64,000 nucleotides of DNA from an uncultured archaeon (GTDB taxonomy: Archaea > Iainarchaeota > Iainarchaeia > Iainarchaeales > Iainarchaeaceae), in contig CAZNZM010000006.1 in assembly GCA_964577555.1 (NCBI GenBank), positions 4,093-68,092 on the forward strand. Reading direction: 5' to 3'. Below are positions 10,518 through 19,175 of the stretch, piece after piece. How positions within the stretch are numbered: the stretch's first letter is position 1; each line of letters starts with the position of its first letter. Below the pieces are notes generated by a model. The model did no database searches. It was given only the letters and a program-made list of their open reading frames with translations, and was not told the origin of the DNA. A program made the position numbers and the translations under genes.

Positions 10518-10651
10518 ATAAATTAAAAAACAAACTATTGTTATAAGACTTTAATTAAAAAAATTTACCTTAATTGCCTAAAAGTTACTTCCAGAAAGCT
10601 TTAGAGTTGTTAATAATTGTTTATTAAAAAGTATTTCATTAATAATTAATT

Positions 10652-11356
10652 ATGCATTCTGGAGGTCATGGAAAAAAGCTTCCAACTAGTGCTCCCAAAA
10701 TTTTTTTCGAAGAAATTGGCCACGAGGTTGGGCATTTTGTTAAGGGTAGTTTGAATCTGTTTGGAAAATTATTTAATCCATTTGGGGTAGTTGTTTCAAC
10801 TTTAAATGCAATAAAGGCAGCGAGATGCAACCAAGAAATAAACAACTATTTTGAAAGAATTGAAAGAAAAAGTGGATCTAGCATATCAGTTAAAAAAGCT
10901 ACAGGAATATTTTCTCACCCTCAATTTAAGGAAATGCTTACCCCATCAACTAATACCCATTTAGAGATTGAAAGATCTCATCAATACTTGTTAATATTGC
11001 AAAGTATAATAGAAAAAAAACCGCAATTTGCACAAAAAATTGAAGAAATTATTCCAAAACAACAAAGAGAAGCAGTATTAGGGTTTTATACCGATAGAAG
11101 AAATTTAATGGATAAAAAGAGAGAACTTGATAATTTTGAATATCAGCTTTGGCAAAAAACAAGAGCTCATAAAGAAATTAGCCATGAAGAAGAACACCAT
11201 TTTTCAAGACTTGTTACAGAATTTTATGAACTTCAAAAAAAATTTCTTAGCCATTTTTCTTACCCGCAAGATTCTTTAATTGTTTCAGGCTTTGGTGCAT
11301 TGCAAACAAGAAAAAATCAGCTTGATAAAATAATCCAAGAAAGTTCAAAGCACTAA
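10652..11356 (+). CDS. hypothetical protein
   Basis: 234-aa ORF directly downstream of the giant protein. Hydrophilic and helical, His-rich at the N-terminus. No recognisable family. Confidence 0.4.
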   Translation: MHSGGHGKKLPTSAPKIFFEEIGHEVGHFVKGSLNLFGKLFNPFGVVVSTLNAIKAARCNQEINNYFERIERKSGSSISVKKATGIFSHPQFKEMLTPSTNTHLEIERSHQYLLILQSIIEKKPQFAQKIEEIIPKQQREAVLGFYTDRRNLMDKKRELDNFEYQLWQKTRAHKEISHEEEHHFSRLVTEFYELQKKFLSHFSYPQDSLIVSGFGALQTRKNQLDKIIQESSKH

Positions 11357-11492
11357 CACTTAGAATTTTTTTGTGTTGAATAATTATTTTAAGAATAAAA
11401 TTTTGTATTTTGTAAAAAGAATTTCTAAAATAGTTTTTTTGTTTGTTTATTATTTTGTTAAAAAATTTGATTAATCAGCCAATTGCCAATAA

Positions 11493-12374
11493 TTATATTG
11501 GGCCTAATTCTTCCACATCTTCTATGCAACTTTGCGCTTCTTTTCCAGCTTTGTAGCACAATTGTTTGTTTCCAGTGTTGTAGGCTATCCATGCTATACA
11601 ATTGTCTCTTGTTTCAACCAGATTTTCACAAATTTCAGGATTATTTGTTGTCAACGCGATTTCGAAAAAACAATTTTCTTTTATTTGTGGAATTCTTACT
11701 TTATTACACAATGAAGGTGAATTTGTGTCGGTTGCAACAGAATAATAACAATAATTGTCTAAGGTCATTATATTTTGGCACAATTCAGAATTATTGTCAA
11801 ATATTGCTTGTACACAAAGCCTTCTGTCATCGCCTTCAGCACAATTATTGGGGTTTTTCGTTTTATATGCTTCATAACATTGCCTTACTTCATAATCCCC
11901 CCAACTGCAAAGACTTGCATCGCCGCTATTTATTGCTACATCAATATAGCATTGTGAAACTCCAAATTTTACGTTTTCACAATACGATTTTTCCCCTGTT
12001 AATTGGGCTATACGCATAAAACAATCACTTCTGTCAGTAATGTCATTTATACTGGAACACCCGGCAGGGTCTCCACTTATTGCAGCATATGTCAAATAAC
12101 AATTGTCCCTTGTTTCAATTGACTTTGCAAGGCAATCCGAGAGTTTTATGGGAATAAAATAATTGAAGTCTTTTGGTTTTTCGTTTCTGATTTGGGCTAA
12201 AGGCGCTTCATCCATTAAATATTCTTCCAAAGGATATTCGTCCCCGTTAACTTTTACGGTTTTTTCATAAGAAGGAATAGGATTTACTTTTGGCTGGTTT
12301 ATAAAAAAAATTATTCCCAAAACCAAAACAAGAATTATTGGCACCGCCAGGAAAATCATCAATTGTTTATTCAT
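11493..12374 (-). CDS. secreted cysteine-rich tandem-repeat protein
   Basis: Signal/TM segment MNKQLMIFLAVPIILVLVLGIIFFI, then about 10 repeats of a ~19-aa unit with two conserved Cys (…LC.x(8-10).RDNCY…A…), e.g. ETRDNCYLTYAA, TDRSDCFMRIAQ, ETRDNCIAWIAY. Confidence 0.6.
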   Translation of the reverse strand: MNKQLMIFLAVPIILVLVLGIIFFINQPKVNPIPSYEKTVKVNGDEYPLEEYLMDEAPLAQIRNEKPKDFNYFIPIKLSDCLAKSIETRDNCYLTYAAISGDPAGCSSINDITDRSDCFMRIAQLTGEKSYCENVKFGVSQCYIDVAINSGDASLCSWGDYEVRQCYEAYKTKNPNNCAEGDDRRLCVQAIFDNNSELCQNIMTLDNYCYYSVATDTNSPSLCNKVRIPQIKENCFFEIALTTNNPEICENLVETRDNCIAWIAYNTGNKQLCYKAGKEAQSCIEDVEELGPI

Positions 12375-12596
12375 GCTATAAAATTGGATTTTTCGTTTAA
12401 TAAACTTATTTATTTCAATAAAAATTTCTGTCTAATTTATTATGACTCTTTCTTTTAGAATTGGATTTTAAATCATGTTTGATTGACTGATTTGTCAAAT
12501 AACAGCTCCAAAATTGTTTTTTTTCAGTTGCAAATAAAATAATCTTTTTTAATGTCCTGTTTTTTTTTGCTTTGAATGAAACGCAAAATATGATTT

Positions 12597-13340
12597 TTAT
12601 GTTATAACCGGCGCTTTGTTTTCAAACTTTTCAGCGTTGTCCTTTGTTTGCTGCAATCTTTGTAATTGCTCTAAAAACTGCTTCTCAACTTCGCGCGCTT
12701 CATCAATCAAAGGTTGCACATCCAATTCCAAACCAAGTATTTCATTAAGCTTTTTCAAAACTTCCGCCGCAGCCTTGTAATCCGCAGAAAGATTTACATT
12801 TGCAAGTATTGAAATTGCTTTTATGTTATATTTTCTCAATTCAAGCAGTATAAGTGCGGTTATTCCTGTTGTTACACCTTCGCTTATTTCATTTAACCCA
12901 TATTTTTTAAGCAGTGGTTTTGAAAGTTCGTTTGCTGCAATTCCATATATGATATGGCTTTTCGGAGTGTCGCCATGGGCGTTGACCCCTGACAAAGAAA
13001 TAAGTTCCACTATTCCTTTTTCTTTTATCCAATCAGCTGTTTTTTTTGCCATTACATAAGTGCCTTCTTTTGGCAACACTTGCTCAGAAATCAATACTGC
13101 TATTTTCTTTTTTTTATCCGCATAAATTCTGGCTGGTCTTACAGGCATGCTGTCCTGTACCCTTATAATAGGAGAAAATAAATTTGAATCAATATATCCA
13201 ACTTCCTCAAATTTTTTCTTTTCCACGAGGTACTTTGCGGCGATAGTTCCAACTAAACCCATTCCTGGAAAACCTTCAATCAAAACATAATCTTTAAAAT
13301 TATTCTTTTTGTACTCTACAAAGTTTGCTTCAATCTTCAT
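12597..13340 (-). CDS. PAC2-family protein (proteasome assembly chaperone 2-like, PbaA/PbaB-type)
   Basis: N-terminal motif VLIEGFPGMGLVGTIAAKYL plus the overall ~250-aa architecture are typical of the archaeal PAC2/DUF75 family. Confidence 0.6.
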   Translation of the reverse strand: MKIEANFVEYKKNNFKDYVLIEGFPGMGLVGTIAAKYLVEKKKFEEVGYIDSNLFSPIIRVQDSMPVRPARIYADKKKKIAVLISEQVLPKEGTYVMAKKTADWIKEKGIVELISLSGVNAHGDTPKSHIIYGIAANELSKPLLKKYGLNEISEGVTTGITALILLELRKYNIKAISILANVNLSADYKAAAEVLKKLNEILGLELDVQPLIDEAREVEKQFLEQLQRLQQTKDNAEKFENKAPVIT

Positions 13341-13468
13341 AAAAAATCTTTTTTACATTTAGGTGGTTAAAACTTATATACTTTTCCACGATGTTTTTGC
13401 TTTTGCCGAAATTTTTTTTGAGCGAAAATAATTTATATTTGTTAAACCCATTATTCAGTCCGATAAAT

Positions 13469-14128
13469 ATGGTTGATATAACTACGGCATTACAACAAAC
13501 AGTATTAGATCCAATAGTCCAGTCTGTGAATTCGTTTATTTTGGCGATTCCCAGTCTGCTTGCGGCCATACTCATAATTATTTTAGGGTATTTGGTCGGA
13601 AAAATAATCGGCAAATTTGTTCAACAAGTTCTTGAAACAGCCAAGTTGGACGAGATGGTTGAAAAATTTTCAAAATCCCATCCTCTTGGCAAAGTAACCA
13701 TTGCAGAACTTTGCGGCAAATTGGTTATGTGGTACATAGTCATAGCTTTTGTCGCAAATGCAGCTGAGGTAGTTCAGCTTGGTGTTATTGCAAGGCTTCT
13801 TTTGGAGTTCTCTTTATGGGCTCCGCATCTCATAGCTGCAATAATAATAATGGCAATAGGTTTGTTCGTTTCAGAACTTGCAAAAAAAGAAGTGAGTTCT
13901 TTCAAAGCTGAAAGCTCTAAACTCCTTGGCTTAGGAGCAAAATATTTTGTAATAATTTATTTTGCTGTTTTAGCTCTTGGAGAATTGGGGCTTAATGTGA
14001 CTTTTGCCCAAAACACAATTCTTGTTGTTATTGCAGGCGTAATGCTTACGTTTGCAATCGGGTTTGGCTTGGCTTTGAAAGATCACGCTGAAGAAATATT
14101 TGCCGAAATAAAAAAAGCAATGAAATGA
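13469..14128 (+). CDS. membrane protein with repeated conserved TM-helix (MscS-N-terminal-like) motifs
   Basis: The ORF track starts at 13391, but ATG 13469 (MVDITTALQQ) is the likely start. Repeated segments of the type LIGKIIGKFVQQVLE / AIGLFVSELAKKEV resemble the PF05552 TM_helix repeat. Confidence 0.5.
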   Translation: MVDITTALQQTVLDPIVQSVNSFILAIPSLLAAILIIILGYLVGKIIGKFVQQVLETAKLDEMVEKFSKSHPLGKVTIAELCGKLVMWYIVIAFVANAAEVVQLGVIARLLLEFSLWAPHLIAAIIIMAIGLFVSELAKKEVSSFKAESSKLLGLGAKYFVIIYFAVLALGELGLNVTFAQNTILVVIAGVMLTFAIGFGLALKDHAEEIFAEIKKAMK

Positions 14129-14152
14129 AAACCTTTAACATGGTTTTAATTT

Positions 14153-14190
14153 TAAGGGGGGCACCCCTTACTTTTTCTTTTTTTTTGTCT
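14153..14190 (+). terminator. hairpin plus oligo-T terminator-like element
   Basis: TAAGGGG-GGCA-CCCCTTA forms a 7-bp perfect stem, followed by ctttttcttttttttt, 25 nt downstream of the stop at 14128. Confidence 0.35.
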
Positions 14191-14289
14191 TTTGCTCTTT
14201 TTTTATTTCTTTTGTTCCATATAGCTTTTTTTTGAGCCAATTTTTTTTTAATAGTTTTTTAATTTGAATTAAATTTGTTTTTTGATTTT

Positions 14290-15114
14290 TTAGAACCCTT
14301 TTATAAAAAAATAAACAATAAAACCTGCTATTAAAAGAATAATCGCATATAAAAATGATTTTTTTGGCCTGCTCTCCTGAAAGCCTAAAAAAATTGAAGA
14401 TATAATGGCAAACTCCGCTATGTAAATAATGCTTCCAATTTCTGCAGCATTCAGAAGTTCTTTTCTTGTAACTTCGTTTGCTCCTATTCCCAATTCATTT
14501 ATTCCTGAAAAATCCATTTTGAAAACCATGCTTGTAACCATTGCAAACACAAACGGAACTATTATGCATGATGCTATTATTGTGTATTTTTGTAGCGACA
14601 TTGCAGCCATTCTTTCCCTTGTTATTGAATTTGTTTCAATGAAATCCTCGGCTGTTTCCCTGAATGCTTTGCTCATATCCGCGCCAGATTTTATTGAATT
14701 TATTATCATTCCAATAGACCTTGAAAGCCCTTTTGAAGAATTTCTTTCAGAAATTTTTTCTAGTGCTTCTTCAGGCGGCATTCCTAATTCAATTCTGTTT
14801 TTCGCCAGATTGAATTCTTTTTTTAATGGGCCATTAGAGTTGTTTGATATAAAATCAACTAGTTTGTCTATTCTTGCATTGTCAGGAATTGAAGATGCAA
14901 GAAGCAACATGTCTGGAATTTCATCTTCTATTTGTCTTTGTCTTTCTTCCTCAGCCAATTGAAACTTCAGATGCTTTAATGCCAATGGAATAAATAATGC
15001 AATTATTGAAAGCATGATTATTTTTTCGCTTTTAAATATTTCAATCCCGATAATTAAGAATGCTATTGAAAATAAAACACCAGAAATAATTTCGTCCTTG
15101 CTTGTTTTGAACAT
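14290..15114 (-). CDS. type II secretion system F-domain membrane protein (TadB/FlaJ-half-like), pilus assembly platform
   Basis: 274 aa. TM helices flank a cytoplasmic helical domain, the T2SSF topology. Directly downstream of a second T2SSF gene and the ATPase. Confidence 0.7.
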   Translation of the reverse strand: MFKTSKDEIISGVLFSIAFLIIGIEIFKSEKIIMLSIIALFIPLALKHLKFQLAEEERQRQIEDEIPDMLLLASSIPDNARIDKLVDFISNNSNGPLKKEFNLAKNRIELGMPPEEALEKISERNSSKGLSRSIGMIINSIKSGADMSKAFRETAEDFIETNSITRERMAAMSLQKYTIIASCIIVPFVFAMVTSMVFKMDFSGINELGIGANEVTRKELLNAAEIGSIIYIAEFAIISSIFLGFQESRPKKSFLYAIILLIAGFIVYFFIKGF

Positions 15115-15115
15115 T

Positions 15116-15847
15116 TCAATTTCCTCCTAAAGGAGCAATCGATTTTATGTAAAGCAATATTGCGCAGTCAATACAAGGAAATATGATGCTTGTCAAAGCC
15201 AAAATCATTTTTCCATTTATTGAAAAATCAATGAATGAACTTCCCACTATTATGAATGAAATTGAAAGCGCAGGAACCACTGCCGAAATTACTATAAATA
15301 ATAGTGAAAGTGCGGACATTTTTCCAGTGTATTCTTTTATTTCCGCTTTTTTTCTACTTAACAATTCCATTGCAAGTTTTTTTATGCCGGAACCTTGTTT
15401 TTTTCCTCCGTGTTCATAAATTGAAATTACTTGTGCAAAAGCCCTTTTCACAATTTTTGAATTTGATTTTGCGGCAAATTTGGCTAGCATTTCTTTAAGC
15501 GGTTCACCGGACGCTTTTGCGGATGAAATGCAATTTCCAAGCAGTATTGAAAATTTTCCGTATTTTGATTCGGCAAGCCTTTCCAAAGCTCTGTCCGGCG
15601 GAATGCCTATGTTAAGTTCAAGGCTAAGTTGCATAAGTGCAAAAGGAAGTTGTGCTTCAATTTCTGCTGCATCACGCCTTAATTTTCTTTCAGTTTCTGT
15701 AAAAAAGTAAAAGAATGTTGTTGTCATGCAAATTATTCCTATAATTATTGATGTGTAAATATCGTCAAAGAATAATTCGGACGCCAAAAACCCAATTATA
15801 AAAGCCAGAATTGATTTTTTGAAAGAGCTTTCGATTTTCAAATTCAT
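15116..15847 (-). CDS. type II secretion system F-domain membrane protein (TadC/FlaJ-half-like)
   Basis: 243 aa. N-terminal TM, soluble helical domain (ALERLAESKYGKFSILLGNCISSAKASGEPL), then two C-terminal TM helices. Confidence 0.7.
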   Translation of the reverse strand: MNLKIESSFKKSILAFIIGFLASELFFDDIYTSIIIGIICMTTTFFYFFTETERKLRRDAAEIEAQLPFALMQLSLELNIGIPPDRALERLAESKYGKFSILLGNCISSAKASGEPLKEMLAKFAAKSNSKIVKRAFAQVISIYEHGGKKQGSGIKKLAMELLSRKKAEIKEYTGKMSALSLLFIVISAVVPALSISFIIVGSSFIDFSINGKMILALTSIIFPCIDCAILLYIKSIAPLGGN

Positions 15848-15853
15848 TTTTTT

Positions 15854-17308
15854 TCAACCTTCATTGTATTGTTGTATTGAATTGAAGTATTCTTCCCCAG
15901 TTTTTCCTCGTAATGTTTCCAAGAATTTGCTTCTTTTTTCAATCTCATTTATTATTTCTTTTTTCGGCATGTTGAAAGAATTTGATATTTTTTCAATCGT
16001 TTTTTGTCCAATTGATTTGATTTTGAAAGATTTTTTTTTGAAGTCATAAGAAAAAATTTTTTTTATACAGATTCCATTTTTTGTCATTAAAGGCTCCGCT
16101 ATTTCAATTAGTTTTCTTTGTTCGTAATGTCTTCCTTCTTGGTTAACCGTCCATCTTTTTTGTGTCAACACCAAATCCAATGCTGCTACATCCATTGGCA
16201 TTGCCCCTAATTTGATTAACCTTGTTATCGCTTCATTTGCTGATTGTGCATGGAATGTTGAATAAGTTCCTTTTCCTTGCCCGGCAAGCAAGGAATCTAT
16301 ATAAGCCAGTGTTTCTTTTTTGTCCCTTATTTCCCCTACAATAACCCTGTCTGGTCGCATCCTTAAAGTGTTTGTCACTAGCTCAGCCATGCCTATTTCT
16401 ATTCCTTCAGCGGTGTTCATTCTAATACAATGCTGGTGCATGATTGATATTTCCGGTGTTTCTTCAACTATTACAATTCTTTCGTTTTCCGGAATGAAAT
16501 TCATTATACTGTTTAACAAAGTTGTTTTTCCAGAACCTGTATTGCCGCACACCATTATTGAGCAATCTGATTGTATTGCAAGCCAAAGGAAAGCCATTTG
16601 TTCAGAGGAAGCGGAGCCAAGCCTTATGATTTCTGTAGGAGTTGGCACGTTTGCCCTGAATTTTCTTATCGTAACAGATGGTCCGGAATTAGTTATTGGG
16701 TTCATGCATGCATTGAGTCTTGAACCGTCTGGAAGGCTGGCATTGATTTTGGGTTTCATAAGAGTCACCCGCCTGCCAAGGCTTGAACCAAGCGCATTAA
16801 CTATGTTTTTGACTTCTTCTTCGCTTGAAAAGTAAATATTGGATTCAAGCCATCCGAAATTCGAGTCAAAGACATAAATTGGTTTGGCTCTGCCAAGCCC
16901 TATGACTGCTATTTCTTCCAGCAACGGATCGCAAAGAAAAACACCAAGTATTCCATGAGAAGAAACCATTTCCGAAAGGCATCTTTTTAAGTAAATTTTT
17001 TGGTTGTCTTCAAGGTCCAGCCATTTTGATTTGCAATATTGTATAAAAAATTCGCTTGCGCCTTTTTCTGCAACAATTTTTCCCGAATCCCTGAATACTT
17101 GCAATGCCGATTTCAGAAGCCTTGCTTCGTCCAAGCTTAGACAAGGAATTGATTTTTGAATGTAAATAGTTTTTCCGTTTCTAAGCCTTGTTATGTCCCT
17201 TTCTTCAGAAGACGAAACCACTATTTCTATTTCTTCTTCCGCAGGACTGAAGACCCGCCAACCAAGTATTTTCTCTATTTCTGCTGATTCAAAATCCGAC
17301 AAACCCAT
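15854..17308 (-). CDS. FlaI/TadA/VirB11-family secretion ATPase (type IV pilus/archaellum assembly ATPase)
   Basis: Walker A motif VCGNTGSGKTTLLNSIMNFIP. The Asp box, Walker B region (RPDRVIVGEIRD) and His box-like GTYSTFHAQSANEA are all conserved. Confidence 0.85.
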   Translation of the reverse strand: MGLSDFESAEIEKILGWRVFSPAEEEIEIVVSSSEERDITRLRNGKTIYIQKSIPCLSLDEARLLKSALQVFRDSGKIVAEKGASEFFIQYCKSKWLDLEDNQKIYLKRCLSEMVSSHGILGVFLCDPLLEEIAVIGLGRAKPIYVFDSNFGWLESNIYFSSEEEVKNIVNALGSSLGRRVTLMKPKINASLPDGSRLNACMNPITNSGPSVTIRKFRANVPTPTEIIRLGSASSEQMAFLWLAIQSDCSIMVCGNTGSGKTTLLNSIMNFIPENERIVIVEETPEISIMHQHCIRMNTAEGIEIGMAELVTNTLRMRPDRVIVGEIRDKKETLAYIDSLLAGQGKGTYSTFHAQSANEAITRLIKLGAMPMDVAALDLVLTQKRWTVNQEGRHYEQRKLIEIAEPLMTKNGICIKKIFSYDFKKKSFKIKSIGQKTIEKISNSFNMPKKEIINEIEKRSKFLETLRGKTGEEYFNSIQQYNEG

Positions 17309-17356
17309 ACTATTACGTCAATCAACGAAATATTTTTATTTGGTTTGTGCTTTTAG

Positions 17357-17722
17357 TCACCATTTCAATTTATCCCCTATTTTTATTTTGTTCCCCAATT
17401 TTTTTGGCAATTCAATAAAATATTTGGCTGGTTTTTTTGGAGTATAATTTAAAGTCCATGGTTTTAATGTTGCTTTGTCCACCACTTTTTTGTTTTCGTC
17501 AAGAAAGATAATGTCTATTGGAAAGAAAACAAACAACATATGAACGCTTGCCCTAATCCTTGTTTTGTAGCCAAGTGTAAAAATAAGTGCATAATCAAAA
17601 TTTTTTTCACTCTCCAACATTAATCCTTTAAATTTTTCAAAAAAAGTTTTTGCAAACTTGGTCTTTTTGCAAATAATTTTTCCATTTGCGCCTGAAAATT
17701 TTAGAGACATTTCAGCCCTCAA
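17357..17722 (-). CDS. DUF192 (UPF0127/COG1430) family protein
   Basis: 121 aa with characteristic GLM...ALIF...PIDIIFLDENKKVV...ELP..G.KIGDK..W motifs. Confidence 0.7.
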   Translation of the reverse strand: MRAEMSLKFSGANGKIICKKTKFAKTFFEKFKGLMLESEKNFDYALIFTLGYKTRIRASVHMLFVFFPIDIIFLDENKKVVDKATLKPWTLNYTPKKPAKYFIELPKKLGNKIKIGDKLKW

Positions 17723-17725
17723 AAA

Positions 17726-17953
17726 TCAGTTTTTCTTTTCTTTACGCTCCCTTATAATCTCAATTTTAGGAATTTTTATTTCTTCAAGCAAGTCTGAAGG
17801 CCTTATTGCACCACTATTTTGTTCTCTCTCTATCTCTTTTCTTATCCCATCTATTTCTTGCATTTTAACCTGCATTTCCTCAAGTATTTTTTCCATTGCT
17901 TTTCTCCTTTCTTGAAGCTCTAAAGTATTTCCTTTACCCATATACCTTAACAA
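17726..17953 (-). CDS. small charged coiled-coil protein, hypothetical
   Basis: 75-aa K/E/R-rich ORF immediately upstream of and co-oriented with the DUF192 gene. Weak call. Confidence 0.3.
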   Translation of the reverse strand: MLRYMGKGNTLELQERRKAMEKILEEMQVKMQEIDGIRKEIEREQNSGAIRPSDLLEEIKIPKIEIIRERKEKKN

Positions 17954-18039
17954 AATGCGTTGCTGAATAAATAACTTTTGGATTGGCCACTATAACAATT
18001 TTTTTTGCAATTTGTTTCTGTCAAATGATTTTTTTGCCA

Positions 18040-18250
18040 TGAAGAGCCAAAAGTGTTTTTTTGCTGGTTGTTTTTTTGTTCTGCAAGCCGTATTTTTTTT
18101 AGCAATTTTATTTTTTTAAGTTTTGATTTTTTTTGTTTTGTCTTGGCTTTTTTGAGTCTTTTTTTGTTGGTTTTTTTTCACGTTTTTTTTATAGTTTCTC
18201 GTTCCAAACTAAAAGATAACATTATAAAATTTGTTTTATGCTTAGGATCT
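18040..18250. repeat. T-tract-rich modular intergenic repeat region (copy 4)
   Basis: Contains gttctgcaagccgtattttttttagcaatttta and the same T8 / GC-octamer pattern. Confidence 0.5.
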
Positions 18251-18309
18251 TTGGTAATCCTGCAAATTAGCTAGGTTGCAGGGTTGGATTTATTGCAAAT
18301 TAAAGTTAT

Positions 18310-18437
18310 AGCCCCGTCGTCTAGCGGCTAAAGAAATTCAGTTTAGTAAATTTTTTAACAATTTGAAAAATTGATTTCTGTCGAAAGGATGCGAGCCTCT
18401 GGAGCTCGAAACCCCGGTTCGAATCCGGGCGGGGCTA
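18310..18437 (+). tRNA. tRNA-Gln (anticodon CUG) interrupted by a ~55-nt non-canonical intron in the D-arm region
   Basis: Perfect 7-bp acceptor stem AGCCCCG/CGGGGCT, discriminator A. T-arm CCCGG-TTCGAAT-CCGGG. Anticodon stem CGAGC/GCTCG with loop CTCTGGA (CTG at 18399-18401). The D-stem 5' half GTCT and D-loop AGCGGCTAA are followed by ~55 nt (about 18335-18389) that must be removed to restore the 3' D-stem. Confidence 0.65.
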
Positions 18438-18487
18438 TTTTTTTTTGAAATCTCTCTATAGAAAATTTAATTAATACATGCATTGTA

Positions 18488-18769
18488 ATGAATATCATGA
18501 AGTTCAAGTATTGTCCACAATGCGGTTCAATGGATATAAAAGTAAATGCGTTGAAACAAGAGACTTGTGAAAGGTGCAGGTATTCAGGCTCAATGAATGA
18601 AGGCGCAATGGATGAAATAAACAGATTTCAAAAATCCCTTAAATCTGGCGCAAGAGGAAATTTGAATAAAAACGAATTTTTGTCGCAAAAAATAGATTCA
18701 GCTTCTCAACTTAAAGAAAAAATGAAATCACTCAAAGGCAGAACAACTGACGATTTTGAAATAATTTGA
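18488..18769 (+). CDS. small zinc-ribbon protein, hypothetical
   Basis: N-terminal CPQCGS...CERC four-Cys ribbon. 93 aa. Confidence 0.4.
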   Translation: MNIMKFKYCPQCGSMDIKVNALKQETCERCRYSGSMNEGAMDEINRFQKSLKSGARGNLNKNEFLSQKIDSASQLKEKMKSLKGRTTDDFEII

Positions 18770-18779
18770 AGGTGAAAAG

Positions 18780-19139
18780 TTGGGCATGGTAATAAGGAAT
18801 GAAATTTTTCCACTACGAGCAAAATTGGGCAACAAGACTCAGTTGGAACTTTCTGTTGAGATAGAGAACGAAGATGACAAATCAAAAAAAATAAGCCTTG
18901 AAATAGAATTGCCCAAAGAAGCAACTTTTAATCCATTATGGACTAACACCATTTACAAGAAAAAATTTGATAATTTTAAGCCTTTTGAAAAATTTAAAGT
19001 CAAAATTCCGATTTACCTTTCAAGAATGGCTGAAGCAGGAAATTACAAAGGAAACATAATTGTTTGCGAGCATTTTAACGAATTCGGAGTTGTTGAAAGG
19101 GTGTTTAAGAAGGAAATCCTTTTCAGAATTGTCAATTAA
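18780..19139 (+). CDS. hypothetical protein
   Basis: 119-aa ORF downstream of the Zn-ribbon ORF. No recognisable family. Confidence 0.35.
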   Translation: MGMVIRNEIFPLRAKLGNKTQLELSVEIENEDDKSKKISLEIELPKEATFNPLWTNTIYKKKFDNFKPFEKFKVKIPIYLSRMAEAGNYKGNIIVCEHFNEFGVVERVFKKEILFRIVN

Positions 19140-19175
19140 ATTCCCAAAGTTTTTTGAACTTACTTAATTTTTTAA

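Noticed and set aside
13330-13614. 94-aa minus-strand ORF overlapping the 5' region of the 13391 ORF
   Set aside because: It overlaps the promoter and N-terminal region of the membrane-protein gene, whose more likely start is 13469. It has no motifs and is probably spurious.
18250-18309. Inverted repeat CCTGCAA…TTGCAGG upstream of the tRNA, as a possible regulatory hairpin or part of the tRNA
   Set aside because: It lies outside the tRNA cloverleaf, and the stem is short with a 10-nt loop. It could be promoter-associated, but there is no way to support a function from sequence alone.
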